Counted from the stretch's first letter, positions 36,620-47,212 are shown. The stretch is DNA of 64,000 nucleotides from an uncultured Gammaproteobacteria bacterium (GCA_963713355.1 CAVQLK010000001.1:14269-78268), one strand, 5' to 3'. Numbers and translations: made by a program. The notes: generated from the letters alone by a model not told the origin.

Positions 36620-38023
36620 ATGAACCTGTTCTGGAAGATCTTCGTCTCGTTCATGATCGCCATGACGATCACGTCGGTCGGCGCAGTCTACGTGACGTAC
36701 CGGATCGTGAGCCGGCCGCTCACGCAAACCGACTTCGAGGGACGCGGCGAAATCATCACCGAGGTCTCGGCGGCGCTCGCGCACGGCGGCGAGCGCGGGC
36801 TCAAGACCTGGCTGCGCGAGAATCTGCGGCCCGCTCCCGGCATCGTGCTCCTCGTGACGAACGAGCGCGGCGACGAGCTGCTCGGCCGAGCGATGCCGGG
36901 CGAGGTGGCGCGACTTCTCAGAACCCGCCCGCCGGGGCGCCGTCCCGACCGGCCGCCGAACTTCACACCCGTCCAGCTGACGCCGACGATCACGGACCAG
37001 CGCACCGGCGAGGTGTACGACCTCAGGTTCGAGACCGCTCCTCGGTCGATCTTCGGCATCCTCGTGTGGCCCGGCACGCCGGTCGCCGTGCTCTCGATCG
37101 CGCTCATCGCGGCGGCCGTGGTGTCGCTCATGCTCGCCCGCTATCTGTCCTCACCGATCGTGCGCTTGCAAAAGGCCAGCCGGTCCCTGGCCGCCGGCGC
37201 GCTCGACACGCGCGTCGGCGCGCCGGTCACGCGGCGCGGTGACGAAGTCGGACGGTTGGCCAGAGACTTCGACGTGATGGCCGAACGCATCCAAGCCTTG
37301 GTCGTCGCGAAGGAGACTCTGCTGCGCGACGTCTCGCACGAGCTGCGCTCGCCGCTGGCGCGCATCCGCATGGCACTCGCGCTCGCGGAGCGGCGGGCCA
37401 GCGAAGCGTCGCGGCCGGATCTCGCGCGCATCGAGCGCGAGGCCGAGCGGCTCGACGCGCTCGTCGGTCAAGTCATGACATTGACGCGCTTGCGGACGAC
37501 CGATGGGCCGCGCCGCGACATCGTGCGCCTCGATACGCTCGTCGGCGAGATCGTCGACGATGCGCGGTTCGAGTATCCCGATGCAAAGGTCGAGTACTCG
37601 CCCGCGCGCGAGGTCTCGCTGCGCGGCGACGCGGACGGCTTGAAGAGCGCCATCGAGAACGTCGTGCGCAACGCCTTGACCTACGGCGATCGCTCGAAGC
37701 CGATCGAAGTGCGGGTCGACATCGGTACCGCCACAGCGACGGTGCGCGTGCTCGACCGGGGGCCTGGCGTGCCGGAGGCCGAGCTCGAGCGGATCTTCGA
37801 GCCGTTCTATCGTACCGACAAGAGCCGCGACCACCGGCAAGACGGTCAAGGCATCGGCCTTGCGATCACGTCCCGCGTGACGGAGCTGCACGGCGGCAAG
37901 GTCACGGCTCGGAATCGGGCCGAGGGTGGGCTCGAAATCGCGATCGAGCTTCCCCTCGGCCCCCATCGCCAACTCAAGACGCCGGACCTAGAGGCTGTAC
38001 CCGCTCTCACCGTGCAGCACTAG
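36620..38023 (+). CDS. sensor histidine kinase (CpxA-like: 2 TM, HAMP, HisKA, HATPase)
   Basis: H-box SHELRSPLARI, N-box VRNALTYG, G-boxes DRGPGVP and GQGIGLAI. Confidence 0.9.
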   Translation: MNLFWKIFVSFMIAMTITSVGAVYVTYRIVSRPLTQTDFEGRGEIITEVSAALAHGGERGLKTWLRENLRPAPGIVLLVTNERGDELLGRAMPGEVARLLRTRPPGRRPDRPPNFTPVQLTPTITDQRTGEVYDLRFETAPRSIFGILVWPGTPVAVLSIALIAAAVVSLMLARYLSSPIVRLQKASRSLAAGALDTRVGAPVTRRGDEVGRLARDFDVMAERIQALVVAKETLLRDVSHELRSPLARIRMALALAERRASEASRPDLARIEREAERLDALVGQVMTLTRLRTTDGPRRDIVRLDTLVGEIVDDARFEYPDAKVEYSPAREVSLRGDADGLKSAIENVVRNALTYGDRSKPIEVRVDIGTATATVRVLDRGPGVPEAELERIFEPFYRTDKSRDHRQDGQGIGLAITSRVTELHGGKVTARNRAEGGLEIAIELPLGPHRQLKTPDLEAVPALTVQH

Positions 38024-39271
38024 ATCGAGGCCTTCGTTCTCGTTCTCGGCCGACGCGCGCAACGGCGCCACCACGTTGACGACCTTCAGGATCACGAACG
38101 TCGCGACACCGCTCCAAAGAGCCGTGGCGACGGCGCCGATCAGCTGCGTGACGAGCTGGCCGGAGATCGTGACGCCTTCGGGCAAGCCGAGCCCGTCGAA
38201 CGCCGTCGCCGAGAACACGGCCGTCAACAGCAGGCCCGTGAAGCCGCCGACGCCGTGGACGGGGAACACGTCGAGCGAATCGTCGATCTTCAGCGTGCGC
38301 TTCATGAACTGGGTCGCAAAGAAGCACACGACGCCGGCCGTGAGGCCGATCGCGACCGCTCCCATCGGGCCGACAAAGCCCGATGCCGGCGTGATCGTGC
38401 CCAAGCCCGCGACCATGCCCGTCACGATGCCGAGCACGCTTGGCTTACCGAACTTGATCCACTCGATCGCCATCCAGGCCGTCGCGCCGGCGGCTGCCGC
38501 CGTGTGCGTGACGAGCATCGCCATTCCGGCGGAGCCGTTGGCCGCGAGCGCGCTGCCCGCGTTGAAGCCGAACCAGCCGACCCACAGCAACGATGCGCCG
38601 GTGACCGTCAGCGTGAGGTTGTGCGGCGGCATCGCCGTCGTCGGGAACCCGGTGCGGTTGCCGATCACGAGCGCGGCGACGAGCGCCGCGACGCCGGCAT
38701 TGACGTGCACGACGGCCCCGCCCGCAAAGTCGCGGAAGCCGCGCTCGAACAGCCAGCCGTCGGGACCCCAGACCCAGTGGGCCACGGGCAGGTAGACGAT
38801 GACGAGCCAGAGGATCGAGAACAACATCATTCCCGCAAAGCGCGTGCGCTCGGCAAAGCCGCCGATGATCAGCGCCGGCGTGATGATCGCGAACGTCAGC
38901 TGGAACATCGAGAACACGGTTTCGGGAATCGCGCCGCTGACCGAATCGACCTCGACACCGCCGAGCCACGCCTTCGACAACCCGCCAAGGAGGCCGGAAC
39001 CCGTATCAAACACCAGCGAATAGCCGAACACGACCCAGATCAGCGAGATCACGCAACAGAGCGCAAAACACTGCATCAACACCGACAGCGCGTTGCGCGT
39101 GCGCACGAGCCCGCCGTAGAACAGCGCGAGCCCCGGCAACGTCATCAGCAACACCAACGCGGTCGACGTGAGCATCCACGCCGTGGCACCACTATCGATT
39201 TCCTGCGCCCCCGCAAACGCTGGACTCAAGAACGCCGCGAGCGCGGCGACAGCACCCCATGTTCGTTTCAT
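37988..39271 (-). CDS. amtB: ammonium transporter
   Basis: FAGGAVVHVNAGVAALVAALVIG and DDSLDVFPVHGVGGFTG are Amt signatures. Downstream of glnK. Confidence 0.92.
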   Translation of the reverse strand: MKRTWGAVAALAAFLSPAFAGAQEIDSGATAWMLTSTALVLLMTLPGLALFYGGLVRTRNALSVLMQCFALCCVISLIWVVFGYSLVFDTGSGLLGGLSKAWLGGVEVDSVSGAIPETVFSMFQLTFAIITPALIIGGFAERTRFAGMMLFSILWLVIVYLPVAHWVWGPDGWLFERGFRDFAGGAVVHVNAGVAALVAALVIGNRTGFPTTAMPPHNLTLTVTGASLLWVGWFGFNAGSALAANGSAGMAMLVTHTAAAAGATAWMAIEWIKFGKPSVLGIVTGMVAGLGTITPASGFVGPMGAVAIGLTAGVVCFFATQFMKRTLKIDDSLDVFPVHGVGGFTGLLLTAVFSATAFDGLGLPEGVTISGQLVTQLIGAVATALWSGVATFVILKVVNVVAPLRASAENENEGLDLVLHGESGYSL

Positions 39272-39297
39272 GTAACCCCCCCGGGTTGTCTTTCTTC

Positions 39298-39717
<420 letters not shown>

Positions 39718-39796
39718 TTAGGGGGGTATTCTAGCCAAGTCGCCGCGCCGGTTGCGACGCTTCGTTGGTAGCTCCGATCTCGAGTAGGTGATAACC

Positions 39797-40753
39797 ATGC
39801 GTAAACGATTGGACACTGGAATCAAGCCGTCCGACATCACGCCCGAGAGCGTATTCATGAACCGCCGCGCTCTGCTGACCGCGGCTGTCGCCGCGGGGCT
39901 CGTGCCGTCGATCATGTCCACCGAAGCCGCGACGATCCCCGCGGACGGCCAGTTCGCGGACGTGAAGAAATGGCCCGACTCCACGACGGAGAAGGCCAAC
40001 ACCCTCGAGGAGATCTCGGGCTACAACAACTACTATGAGTTCGGCACGCGCAAGACCGATCCGGCGCGGAACGCGCATACGCTGAAGACGTCGCCGTGGT
40101 CCGTACAAGTCACCGGCATGGCAGGTAAGCCCGGCTCGTTCACGCTCGAGGACATCCTGCAGCCGCACGCGCTCGAGGAGCGCATCTATCGCCTCCGCTG
40201 CGTCGAGGCGTGGTCGATGGTCATCCCGTGGGTCGGCTTTCCGCTCGCCGACCTTCTGAAGCGGTTCGAGCCGACGTCGCAAGCGAAGTACGTGCAGTTC
40301 TTCACGTTGAACGACCGAGAGCAAATGCCGGGCGTCCGCTCCGGCGTGCTCGAGTGGCCCTACCGCGAAGGGCTCACGATCGCCGAAGCGATGCATCCGC
40401 TCGCGCTCGTCGCCGTCGGCATCTACGGGAAGGTCATGCCGAACCAGAACGGCGCGCCCATTCGCACGGTGATTCCGTGGAAGTACGGGTTCAAGAGCTG
40501 CAAGTCGATAGTCCGCATTCACTTCACGGACACGCAGCCGCAGACGAGCTGGAACATGGCGGGACCGCAGGAGTACGGGTTCTACTCGAACGTGAATCCA
40601 GAGGTCGATCACCCGCGCTGGAGCCAGGCGAGAGAGCAGCGGCTCGGCGGCAGCCTGTTCGCGGCTCGAACGATTCCGACGCAGATGTTCAATGGCTACG
40701 GCGATCAGGTCGCCAGCCTCTACACGGGCCTCGACCTCCGCAAGAACTACTGA
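39797..40753 (+). CDS. msrP: protein-methionine-sulfoxide reductase catalytic subunit
   Basis: Tat-type FMNRRALLTAAVAAGL, YRLRCVEAWSMVIPWVGFPL, PIRTVIPWKYGFKSCKSIV. ORF opens at GTG 39788. Confidence 0.9.
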   Translation: MRKRLDTGIKPSDITPESVFMNRRALLTAAVAAGLVPSIMSTEAATIPADGQFADVKKWPDSTTEKANTLEEISGYNNYYEFGTRKTDPARNAHTLKTSPWSVQVTGMAGKPGSFTLEDILQPHALEERIYRLRCVEAWSMVIPWVGFPLADLLKRFEPTSQAKYVQFFTLNDREQMPGVRSGVLEWPYREGLTIAEAMHPLALVAVGIYGKVMPNQNGAPIRTVIPWKYGFKSCKSIVRIHFTDTQPQTSWNMAGPQEYGFYSNVNPEVDHPRWSQAREQRLGGSLFAARTIPTQMFNGYGDQVASLYTGLDLRKNY

Positions 40754-40772
40754 GCACGCGCGGCGGGTTCGG

Positions 40773-41456
40773 ATGACGCAACGCTCGGTCGTCATCATCA
40801 AGATTGCGTTGTGGGCGGCGTGCTTGGCGCCGTTCGGGCTGCTCGCGCTGCAGGCGTTCGGCTACGCGGGCGGCCTCGGCGCGAACCCCGTCGAGCAGGT
40901 GTTGTACGTCTGCGGCACGACCGGCCTCAACCTGCTGATGCTGACGCTCTGCGTCACGCCGATCCGGCGCTCGACGGGCATCAACAGGCTCGTGTCGTTC
41001 CGCCGGCTGCTGGGACTGTTCGCGTTCTTCTATCTCGCGCTGCACTTCTCGACGTATGCGCTGCTCGAGCTCGGGCTCATTTTTCAGCCGCAATTCGCGT
41101 GGGAGACGTTGCTCGTGGACATCACCGAGCGCCCGTACATCACGGTCGGCTTCACTGCGCTCGTCTTGCTGATTCCGCTCGCGGTCACGTCGACACGCGC
41201 CATGCAGCGGCGTCTCGGGCGCAATTGGGCGAAGTTGCACCGCCTGGTCTACGTCGCCGCGATCCTCGGCGTCGTCCACTTCTGGTGGCAGAAGAAGTCC
41301 GACGCCGACATCGCCGAGCCGCTGTTATATGCGTTCCTGCTCGCCGTGTTACTCGGCGTACGGCTGAAGCACTGGTTAGTAAACGCGAAACCCGCCGTGC
41401 CGGCGCCGTATCCACGCGTCGAGCCACCACAGGCCCATGAGAAAACCACCCGTTAG
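40773..41456 (+). CDS. msrQ: protein-methionine-sulfoxide reductase heme-binding subunit
   Basis: MTQRSVVIIKIALWAACLAPF, FRRLLGLFAFFYLALHFSTY, LHRLVYVAAILGVVHFWW (heme His ligands). Confidence 0.85.
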   Translation: MTQRSVVIIKIALWAACLAPFGLLALQAFGYAGGLGANPVEQVLYVCGTTGLNLLMLTLCVTPIRRSTGINRLVSFRRLLGLFAFFYLALHFSTYALLELGLIFQPQFAWETLLVDITERPYITVGFTALVLLIPLAVTSTRAMQRRLGRNWAKLHRLVYVAAILGVVHFWWQKKSDADIAEPLLYAFLLAVLLGVRLKHWLVNAKPAVPAPYPRVEPPQAHEKTTR

Positions 41457-41972
41457 CGCGACGGCGACGGCGGGAAGCACCCAGACGAGCGGCAAGGCAT
41501 AGCGGTAGTCTTCGAGCCGCTCCTCGTGCGCGCGGTTCTCGCTCTGGAGGCGCTCGATCGTCTCCTGAATCGACTCGGACGAGCCCGTCGTCGTCTGCAG
41601 CTCGCTACGCAGGCCGGCGAGCTCGCGCTCGGCGGCCGCCTGGGCCGTCTTCGCCGCGGCGGCAGCGCTCTCGAAGCCGCCAAGCTCGGCTTCGAGCTCG
41701 AGCACGCGCGCGGCCGCGGGTTTCTCGGCCACGAGGAACGTTGCCTTGACCCAACCCTCTCGGCCATCGGTCAAGCGAACGCGCGCATAGCTCGAATTGC
41801 GCTCGAGCACTTCTACGGTCGTGCCGCTGGCGAGGTTGTCGAACGGCCGGTCGCTGGTATCCGGCGCGGCGTGCAGGCCGAGCCGCAGACTGTCCGTGAC
41901 GTAAACGGTATCGGCGCCGGCACTGCCGGCCCAGGCGCCGAGCGCAAGGCATAAGAGCGGGTGCTTACGCAT
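41376..41972 (-). CDS. SH3-domain periplasmic protein with coiled coil and C-terminal TM anchor
   Basis: Signal MRKHPLLCLALGAWAGSAGA. SH3-like TVEVLERNSSYARVRLTDGREGWVKATFL. Coiled coil, then PLVWVLPAVAVALTGGFLMGLWW. Confidence 0.8.
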   Translation of the reverse strand: MRKHPLLCLALGAWAGSAGADTVYVTDSLRLGLHAAPDTSDRPFDNLASGTTVEVLERNSSYARVRLTDGREGWVKATFLVAEKPAAARVLELEAELGGFESAAAAAKTAQAAAERELAGLRSELQTTTGSSESIQETIERLQSENRAHEERLEDYRYALPLVWVLPAVAVALTGGFLMGLWWLDAWIRRRHGGFRVY

Positions 41973-42053
41973 CGCGGGTCCCCCGACTTGACAGAATCTG
42001 CGCCGATTATAGGGGCGGCGAACGGGCCGCGAATGTGATGCAGGTGGCGAGAA

Positions 42054-44192
42054 TCAGCCGCAAGTAGCGGCAGCGTCGGCCGCGGCGGGCTCGGGTAGAA
42101 CCTGACGGATCGTCTCTGCGAACGGCTGGGGGCGGCCGAGATGGAACCCTTGCCCCAGCGTGACCTCGAGCTCCTGCAGCCGCCGGGCTACCTCGGCCGT
42201 CTCGACGTGCTCCGCGACGGTCGCGATGCCGAGCATGCGCGCGGCGCGCGCGATGCCTGAGACCATCGACTCGGCTATCCGGTCTGCGCCGATGCGCCGC
42301 ACGAAGCCGCCGTCGATCTTCAGATAGCTGACGGGAAGCTGCTTCAAGTGCGCGAGAGAGCTTAGCCCTGAGCCGAAGTTGTCGAGCGCGACTTTCGCGC
42401 CGGCGTTGACGAGGGTGCGGATCAATTCATCTGCGGCGGCGAGATGGCCGAGCGCCGTGGGTTCCTTGAGCTCGAAGCAGAACAGGCGCGGCGGCAGACC
42501 GGCGGCCGCCAGCGTTTCCAGCGCGAACGCTGCGTATCGGCGGCTCTGTAACGACTGCTCCGAGACGTTGACTGCAAAAAAAAGCGGCGCCTTCGCGAGC
42601 GCATGCGCGTGTGGGCGCAACACTTCGGCCGCGGCACAGAGCACCCAACGATCGAGCGCGGGCAACAATCCGTATTGGCCGCACGCCTCGAGAAATTTGT
42701 CCGGCGCCACGAGCTGACCGGCGGCGTTGCGCAGCCGCACGAGCAGCTCGTAGCCGGCGACCCTGCCTTGGGTTCGCAGACCGACGATTGGTTGCGCATC
42801 GAGCTGAAACTGGTTCGACGTCAGCGCGTCGCGAAGGTCCGCGGCGGCGATCTCTTGGCGAGCCGCGGCCGGTGTCAGCGTCGCGAGCTCGTCGATGGCC
42901 GCGACGCGCGCACCGCCGTCGGCCTTGGCTCGCTTGCACGCGAGCTCTGCCGCCGCGAGCACGTGCGGCAACCGCTCGCCGGCCGGCGCGACGACGGACC
43001 CGACACTCACCGACACTTGCAGCGCTTCGCTGCCGTTCAAATAGGCGAGCTGACGGACCGAGGCGACGATGCTCTCGGCAATCTCGCGCCTCTGCGCGAC
43101 CTCGCTTTCCGGGAGCACGACGGCGAAGCGATCGCCGGCCAGCCTGCTCACGAGGGCTTGCGCGCCGGCGGCCTGCTGGACCAGTGTGCCGACGCGCTGG
43201 ATCACTTCGTCGCCGGCGCTCAAGCCGAACGCTTCGTTGATCGCCTCGAGGTCGTCGATGTCCGCATAGAGCACTGCGGTTGCGGCGCGGTCGAGCGCGC
43301 GTTGAGCCCGCCGCTCGAAGCTCGACCGGCTCGGCAGCCCCGTCAGCGCGTCGTAGTCGCTGTCGAGGATCGCGACGGCCTTGCGGGCCACGAACTCGAG
43401 GATGCGCACGTCGCGCGGCTCGAAGTCTTCGGCGCTCGCGGGGCGGAACAATGCCACGAGCCCGAGCACGCTGCCGCTCGGGTCGTGCAGCGGGCAGGAA
43501 AGGATCTTGTAGCCTACGCCCGCTCCGATTCGGTTCGCGATCATGGCCCGCTCGTTGAGCCTGACCCAGGCGAGAAGGTGCTTTTGTGTGCGGCCGGCGA
43601 GCTGCAACTCCGCCGACGACGAATTGGAGGTCCAGGTGAGCTCGAGGTTCTTGTCCGGAACGAGCAGCGCGCCCGTCAGGCAGCGAAGCTCCTTCGCGCA
43701 GTGGTTGAGGAGCTGCTGTAACGCGCTCGCTTCCTCGTCGCCATGGTTGTCGGCTCGCAGCAGGATTTCGAGCCCGGTGCTGCGATCGGCGGCGGACGTG
43801 CTGCGCTCCAGGGCGAGCTTACTTTCGAGGCAATCGAGCACGGGGCGCAGCATGCTCGCGACCATGGACGGAGTGCTGCGCAAGCCGCCGAGCTCGATGA
43901 CGAGCGAGCCCAATGGGCGCGCGTCGGCGCCGCGCAAAGCGGCGATGAATACGCGAATGCCGCCGCTCGTTCTCTCTAGGCTGCCGCGGCTCGCGAGCGT
44001 CTCGCTTGCGCGGTGCTGCTCGAGCAGGACTCGCAAGTCCATCCGCTCGAAGCCGTCCGAGCACCAGATGAGCCCCGCGAGGGCGTCATAGAGCGCGACG
44101 CTGCCGGCGCTCGGCAGCAGCATCTTGATGAGCTGCGCGAAGGGCGCGTAGCCACTCGCCGCCGAGCTGTCCGAGGGAGCGCTGGTCGCCAA
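42054..44192 (-). CDS. GAF-GGDEF(degenerate)-EAL c-di-GMP signalling protein
   Basis: DALTGLPSRSSFERR; degenerate RLAGDRFAVVL in place of GGDEF; EAL domain YELLVRLR, DNFGSGLSSLAHLKQLPVSYLKIDG, GQGFHLGRP. Confidence 0.85.
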   Translation of the reverse strand: MATSAPSDSSAASGYAPFAQLIKMLLPSAGSVALYDALAGLIWCSDGFERMDLRVLLEQHRASETLASRGSLERTSGGIRVFIAALRGADARPLGSLVIELGGLRSTPSMVASMLRPVLDCLESKLALERSTSAADRSTGLEILLRADNHGDEEASALQQLLNHCAKELRCLTGALLVPDKNLELTWTSNSSSAELQLAGRTQKHLLAWVRLNERAMIANRIGAGVGYKILSCPLHDPSGSVLGLVALFRPASAEDFEPRDVRILEFVARKAVAILDSDYDALTGLPSRSSFERRAQRALDRAATAVLYADIDDLEAINEAFGLSAGDEVIQRVGTLVQQAAGAQALVSRLAGDRFAVVLPESEVAQRREIAESIVASVRQLAYLNGSEALQVSVSVGSVVAPAGERLPHVLAAAELACKRAKADGGARVAAIDELATLTPAAARQEIAAADLRDALTSNQFQLDAQPIVGLRTQGRVAGYELLVRLRNAAGQLVAPDKFLEACGQYGLLPALDRWVLCAAAEVLRPHAHALAKAPLFFAVNVSEQSLQSRRYAAFALETLAAAGLPPRLFCFELKEPTALGHLAAADELIRTLVNAGAKVALDNFGSGLSSLAHLKQLPVSYLKIDGGFVRRIGADRIAESMVSGIARAARMLGIATVAEHVETAEVARRLQELEVTLGQGFHLGRPQPFAETIRQVLPEPAAADAAATCG

Positions 44193-44309
44193 GCAATATA
44201 TCCAATGAGCCTGAGAGCCGGCCGTGGATCATCATGCGAGAACGGGCCCACGAATTCCTTGATGGCAGTCGCAACTGCTGCCATTTCGGGAATTTCTGCC
44301 GGCGGCCAG

Positions 44310-44661
44310 TCAGGTCGCGCGGCGTCTCGAGTGGGGTGCGACGACTTTCAACGGCTCCGCACGCTCGAGGCCGCTGGCGAGGGCGACGTAGAGCTTCACG
44401 ATCGTGGCGGCGTGGCTCGTCGCTTCGCTCGACGACATCTTCTGCACGCTCGCGCGGGCCGCGTGTCTCGTGGCCGACGGGCGTCACGCGGGTAATGGCG
44501 GCGTGCAGGTCGCCGAACTCGCGCCGCAACCCGGGCGGCAGGTCGGCATCGGTCACTTCCGCGAGGTGCAGCGAGTAAGCACTTGCCAACCGCTGCTTGA
44601 TCGGCCCATCGCCGATCAGGGTCTGGACGGCGGCCGCAAAACGCTGTGTGAAAGGAGACAC
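44310..44661 (-). pseudogene. small conserved-looking protein of unknown function (about 116 aa), one frameshift
   Basis: MSPFTQRFAAAVQTLIGDGPIKQRLASAYSLHLAEV...RVTPVGHETR. An extra base near 44457 joins to ARASVQKMSSSEATSHAATIVKLYVALASGLERAEPLKVV..*, stop at 44310-44312. Confidence 0.55.
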
Positions 44662-44775
44662 GATGGAGCCTTGGTATTGGTTTTTCGTCTTGGCCCGGTG
44701 TGCCGCTCAATTTGACATATAGCAGAGTCCGGCAGTCTGCGGCAAGCGCTCGATTCTCGCAGCCGCGTGACGCGA

Positions 44776-46635
44776 TCATTCCGCTACGACGCCTTCTTTG
44801 AGCCCGAACTTTTTCATGCGGTCCGCCAGCGTCGTCGGCTTGACGCCGAGCAGCTCCGCGGCGCCGTTAGGACCCGAGACGCGCCACTGCGCCATCTCGA
44901 GCGCGAGCAACGTGTTCTTGCGCTCGAGCTCGCGGATCTCGGCCTCCGTCAGCAATGCCTCATTGTGCTCCTTCGATTGCGGCTCCGCGGCCGCCGGCGG
45001 ATTCAAGATGTCGCTCATCGCGAGGTCGAGCCGCAATACCTTGCCTCGCGACAAGATCACTGCACGCTCGATGACGTTTTTCAGCTCGCGGATGTTGCCG
45101 GGCCAGTCATAGCGCTTGAGCAGCGCGGCCTGCTGCTTCGACAACGTCAGCGGCCGATGGCCGAAGTCCTGGCACGTGCGCTCGAGGAAGTGGCTCGCGA
45201 TCTGCAGCACGTCGTCGCCTCGTGCGCGAAGCGGAGGCACCTCGATCGGGAACACGCTCAAGCGGTAAAACAGATCCTCGCGAAAGTTGCCGTTGGCGAC
45301 GGCTTGCTCGAGATCGCGATTCGTCGCCGCGATGACTCGAACGTCGACCGTGTGGGTGCGATCGTCGCCGACGCGCTCGTACTCGCTCTCTTGGAGCACG
45401 CGGAGCAGCTTGCTCTGCAGATCGAGCGGGATCTCACCGACCTCGTCGAGAAAGATCGTGCCTCCGTCCGCGAGCTGAAAGCGGCCCACGCGGTCGCGGT
45501 GAGCACCGGTGAAGGCGCCTTTGACGTGGCCGAAGAACTCGCTCTCGAAGAGCTCGTGCGGGATCGAAGCGCAGTTGACCTTCACGAGCGGGCCGTCCTT
45601 GCGCGGGCTGCGCGCATGGATCGCGTGCGCCACGAGCTCCTTGCCGACGCCGGACTCTCCTTCTATGAGCACGCTCGCCGACGTTTGCGCGACGGCCTCG
45701 AGCCGCACGAGCATCTGCTTCAGCGCCGGGCTCTCGCCGATGATTCGGCCGTAGTTCATTGCGACCTGGACTTCCTCGCGTAGGTAGTCGCGCTCGCGCT
45801 CGAGCTCGCCGCGCAAGCGCGCGTTCTCCTCGAAGGCGGCGCGCAGCTGCCGCTCGGCTCGATTGCGCGCCGTCACGTCTTTCGACGCCACGAGCAGCGC
45901 CACGACGGCGCCGCTTGGATCGCGATCCGGCGTCGCCGAGACCTCGACCTCGACCTCTTCGCCGGACTTGGTCACGTAGGTGCGCGGCTCGTTTTCCAGG
46001 TCGCCGGCCGCAATCACGTCCGCGAGCCGGCCGCCGATCGTCGCTTGCGTCTCCTTGCCCATGAACTCCGTGATCACGCGGCCGAGCACCTCGTCGCCGC
46101 GGTAGCCGAGCGTTTCGAGCCACCTTTCGCTGACGTTCATGATGCGGCCATGGTGGTCGACGGTGTGCAGCATCGCGGGCGTCGCGCGATAGAGCTCGCG
46201 GTAGTGTTGCTCGAGACGCGCCTGCGCGCCGACTTCCGTGTAGACGACGTTCGTGCGCAGGTAGTCGCCGGCCTCGCTGCGCTCGACGATCGCGTTCGCG
46301 AGACAGTCGACACGCTCGTTGCTGCGAGTCGTCAGATCGACCGGCACTCCGCTGAGACGCCCCGTGCGTCGCAGCACGGGCATGTACTCCTCGACGATGC
46401 GCTTCGCGCCCTCGGCGCTCGCGAGGTCCTGGGGACGCATGTTCGTGATTTCCTCGCGCGCATAGCCAAACCGTCGCAGCCATGCATCGCTCGCGTCGAC
46501 GAAGAAGCCGTCCTCATTCAGGGAGACGAGCAGGGCCGGGCTGCGGCGAAAAAGCCATTGGTATTGCTCTTGCTGCGACATTATCGCCACGTTACGGTTT
46601 TTCGTAATACAAAGCAACGGAATCCCGTGTTTCAC
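44776..46635 (-). CDS. sigma-54-dependent transcriptional activator with N-terminal PAS domains
   Basis: Walker [15 protein letters not shown] loop [15 protein letters not shown], Walker [12 protein letters not shown]-terminal [26 protein letters not shown]. Probable start MSQQEQ at 46581. Confidence 0.9.
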   Translation of the reverse strand: MKHGIPLLCITKNRNVAIMSQQEQYQWLFRRSPALLVSLNEDGFFVDASDAWLRRFGYAREEITNMRPQDLASAEGAKRIVEEYMPVLRRTGRLSGVPVDLTTRSNERVDCLANAIVERSEAGDYLRTNVVYTEVGAQARLEQHYRELYRATPAMLHTVDHHGRIMNVSERWLETLGYRGDEVLGRVITEFMGKETQATIGGRLADVIAAGDLENEPRTYVTKSGEEVEVEVSATPDRDPSGAVVALLVASKDVTARNRAERQLRAAFEENARLRGELERERDYLREEVQVAMNYGRIIGESPALKQMLVRLEAVAQTSASVLIEGESGVGKELVAHAIHARSPRKDGPLVKVNCASIPHELFESEFFGHVKGAFTGAHRDRVGRFQLADGGTIFLDEVGEIPLDLQSKLLRVLQESEYERVGDDRTHTVDVRVIAATNRDLEQAVANGNFREDLFYRLSVFPIEVPPLRARGDDVLQIASHFLERTCQDFGHRPLTLSKQQAALLKRYDWPGNIRELKNVIERAVILSRGKVLRLDLAMSDILNPPAAAEPQSKEHNEALLTEAEIRELERKNTLLALEMAQWRVSGPNGAAELLGVKPTTLADRMKKFGLKEGVVAE

Positions 46636-46691
46636 GAAATACCGCGACCTTAGAATCTGCGTAACCTATTGCTTTTGATCACATTATCGAT

Positions 46692-46707
46692 TGGCACGCC
46701 GCATGCA
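46692..46707 (+). promoter_or_regulatory. sigma-54 (-24/-12) promoter
   Basis: TGGCACGccgcATGCA against the consensus TGGCACG-N4-TTGCW. GG and GC are 12 nt apart. Divergent from the activator gene and 67 nt upstream of ATG 46774. Confidence 0.7.
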
Positions 46708-46719
46708 ATAGCCTGAGCA

Positions 46720-46736
46720 GATCTCATCGTGAGATC
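46720..46736 (+). promoter_or_regulatory. perfect 7-3-7 palindrome in the predicted 5' leader
   Basis: gatctca-tcg-tgagatc lies immediately downstream of the predicted sigma-54 transcription start. Confidence 0.35.
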
Positions 46737-46773
46737 AGCAGAGGCCGGCCCAGCCGGTAAAGGACTCGAGAGT

Positions 46774-47040
46774 ATGGTTGCACGCAAGCTACTGACGGCC
46801 ACGGCCGTTGGACTGTTCGTGGGCCTGCTCGCACAGCATGCGACAGGCGCCGAGGCCCCGATCGTGCGGAAGGCACCGGTGGCCGCGGAGTTCGCTGTCG
46901 ACGCACAGCTGTTCCGCAACGAGATCGAAGGTTACGTGCGCGAGCTCAATCGGCAAATGCGCACGACGTTGAACGAGGAATTGCGTCGTGAGCTGGCCGG
47001 AAAGGTCATCGCCAGCAACGAGCTTCGCACTAGGAGCTAG
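46774..47040 (+). CDS. small exported protein (89 aa) of unknown function, predicted sigma-54 target
   Basis: MVARKLLTATAVGLFVGLLAQHATGAEA signal, then an amphipathic helix (FRNEIEGYVRELNRQMRTTLNEELRRELAGKV). ORF opens at 46729. Confidence 0.55.
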   Translation: MVARKLLTATAVGLFVGLLAQHATGAEAPIVRKAPVAAEFAVDAQLFRNEIEGYVRELNRQMRTTLNEELRRELAGKVIASNELRTRS

Positions 47041-47055
47041 ACGGTATAGCGAACA

Positions 47056-47090
47056 AACGGGCCACCACTCTCCCCCCGTGGTGGCCCGTT
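47056..47090. terminator. 13-bp perfect stem-loop between convergent genes (possible bidirectional terminator; no strong U-tract)
   Basis: aacgggccaccac-tctcccccc-gtggtggcccgtt. Confidence 0.5.
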
Positions 47091-47212
47091 GGCCGAGTCG
47101 GACGGCCGTTTTCAGGGGGCCGGGTTTCCGGCAGCGAACACGGATACTTCGCAACGAAGAATACGGATGTTCCGCAGCCCGGCTCCTTTTTTTCACCCTC
47201 GCGCTAGAGACG

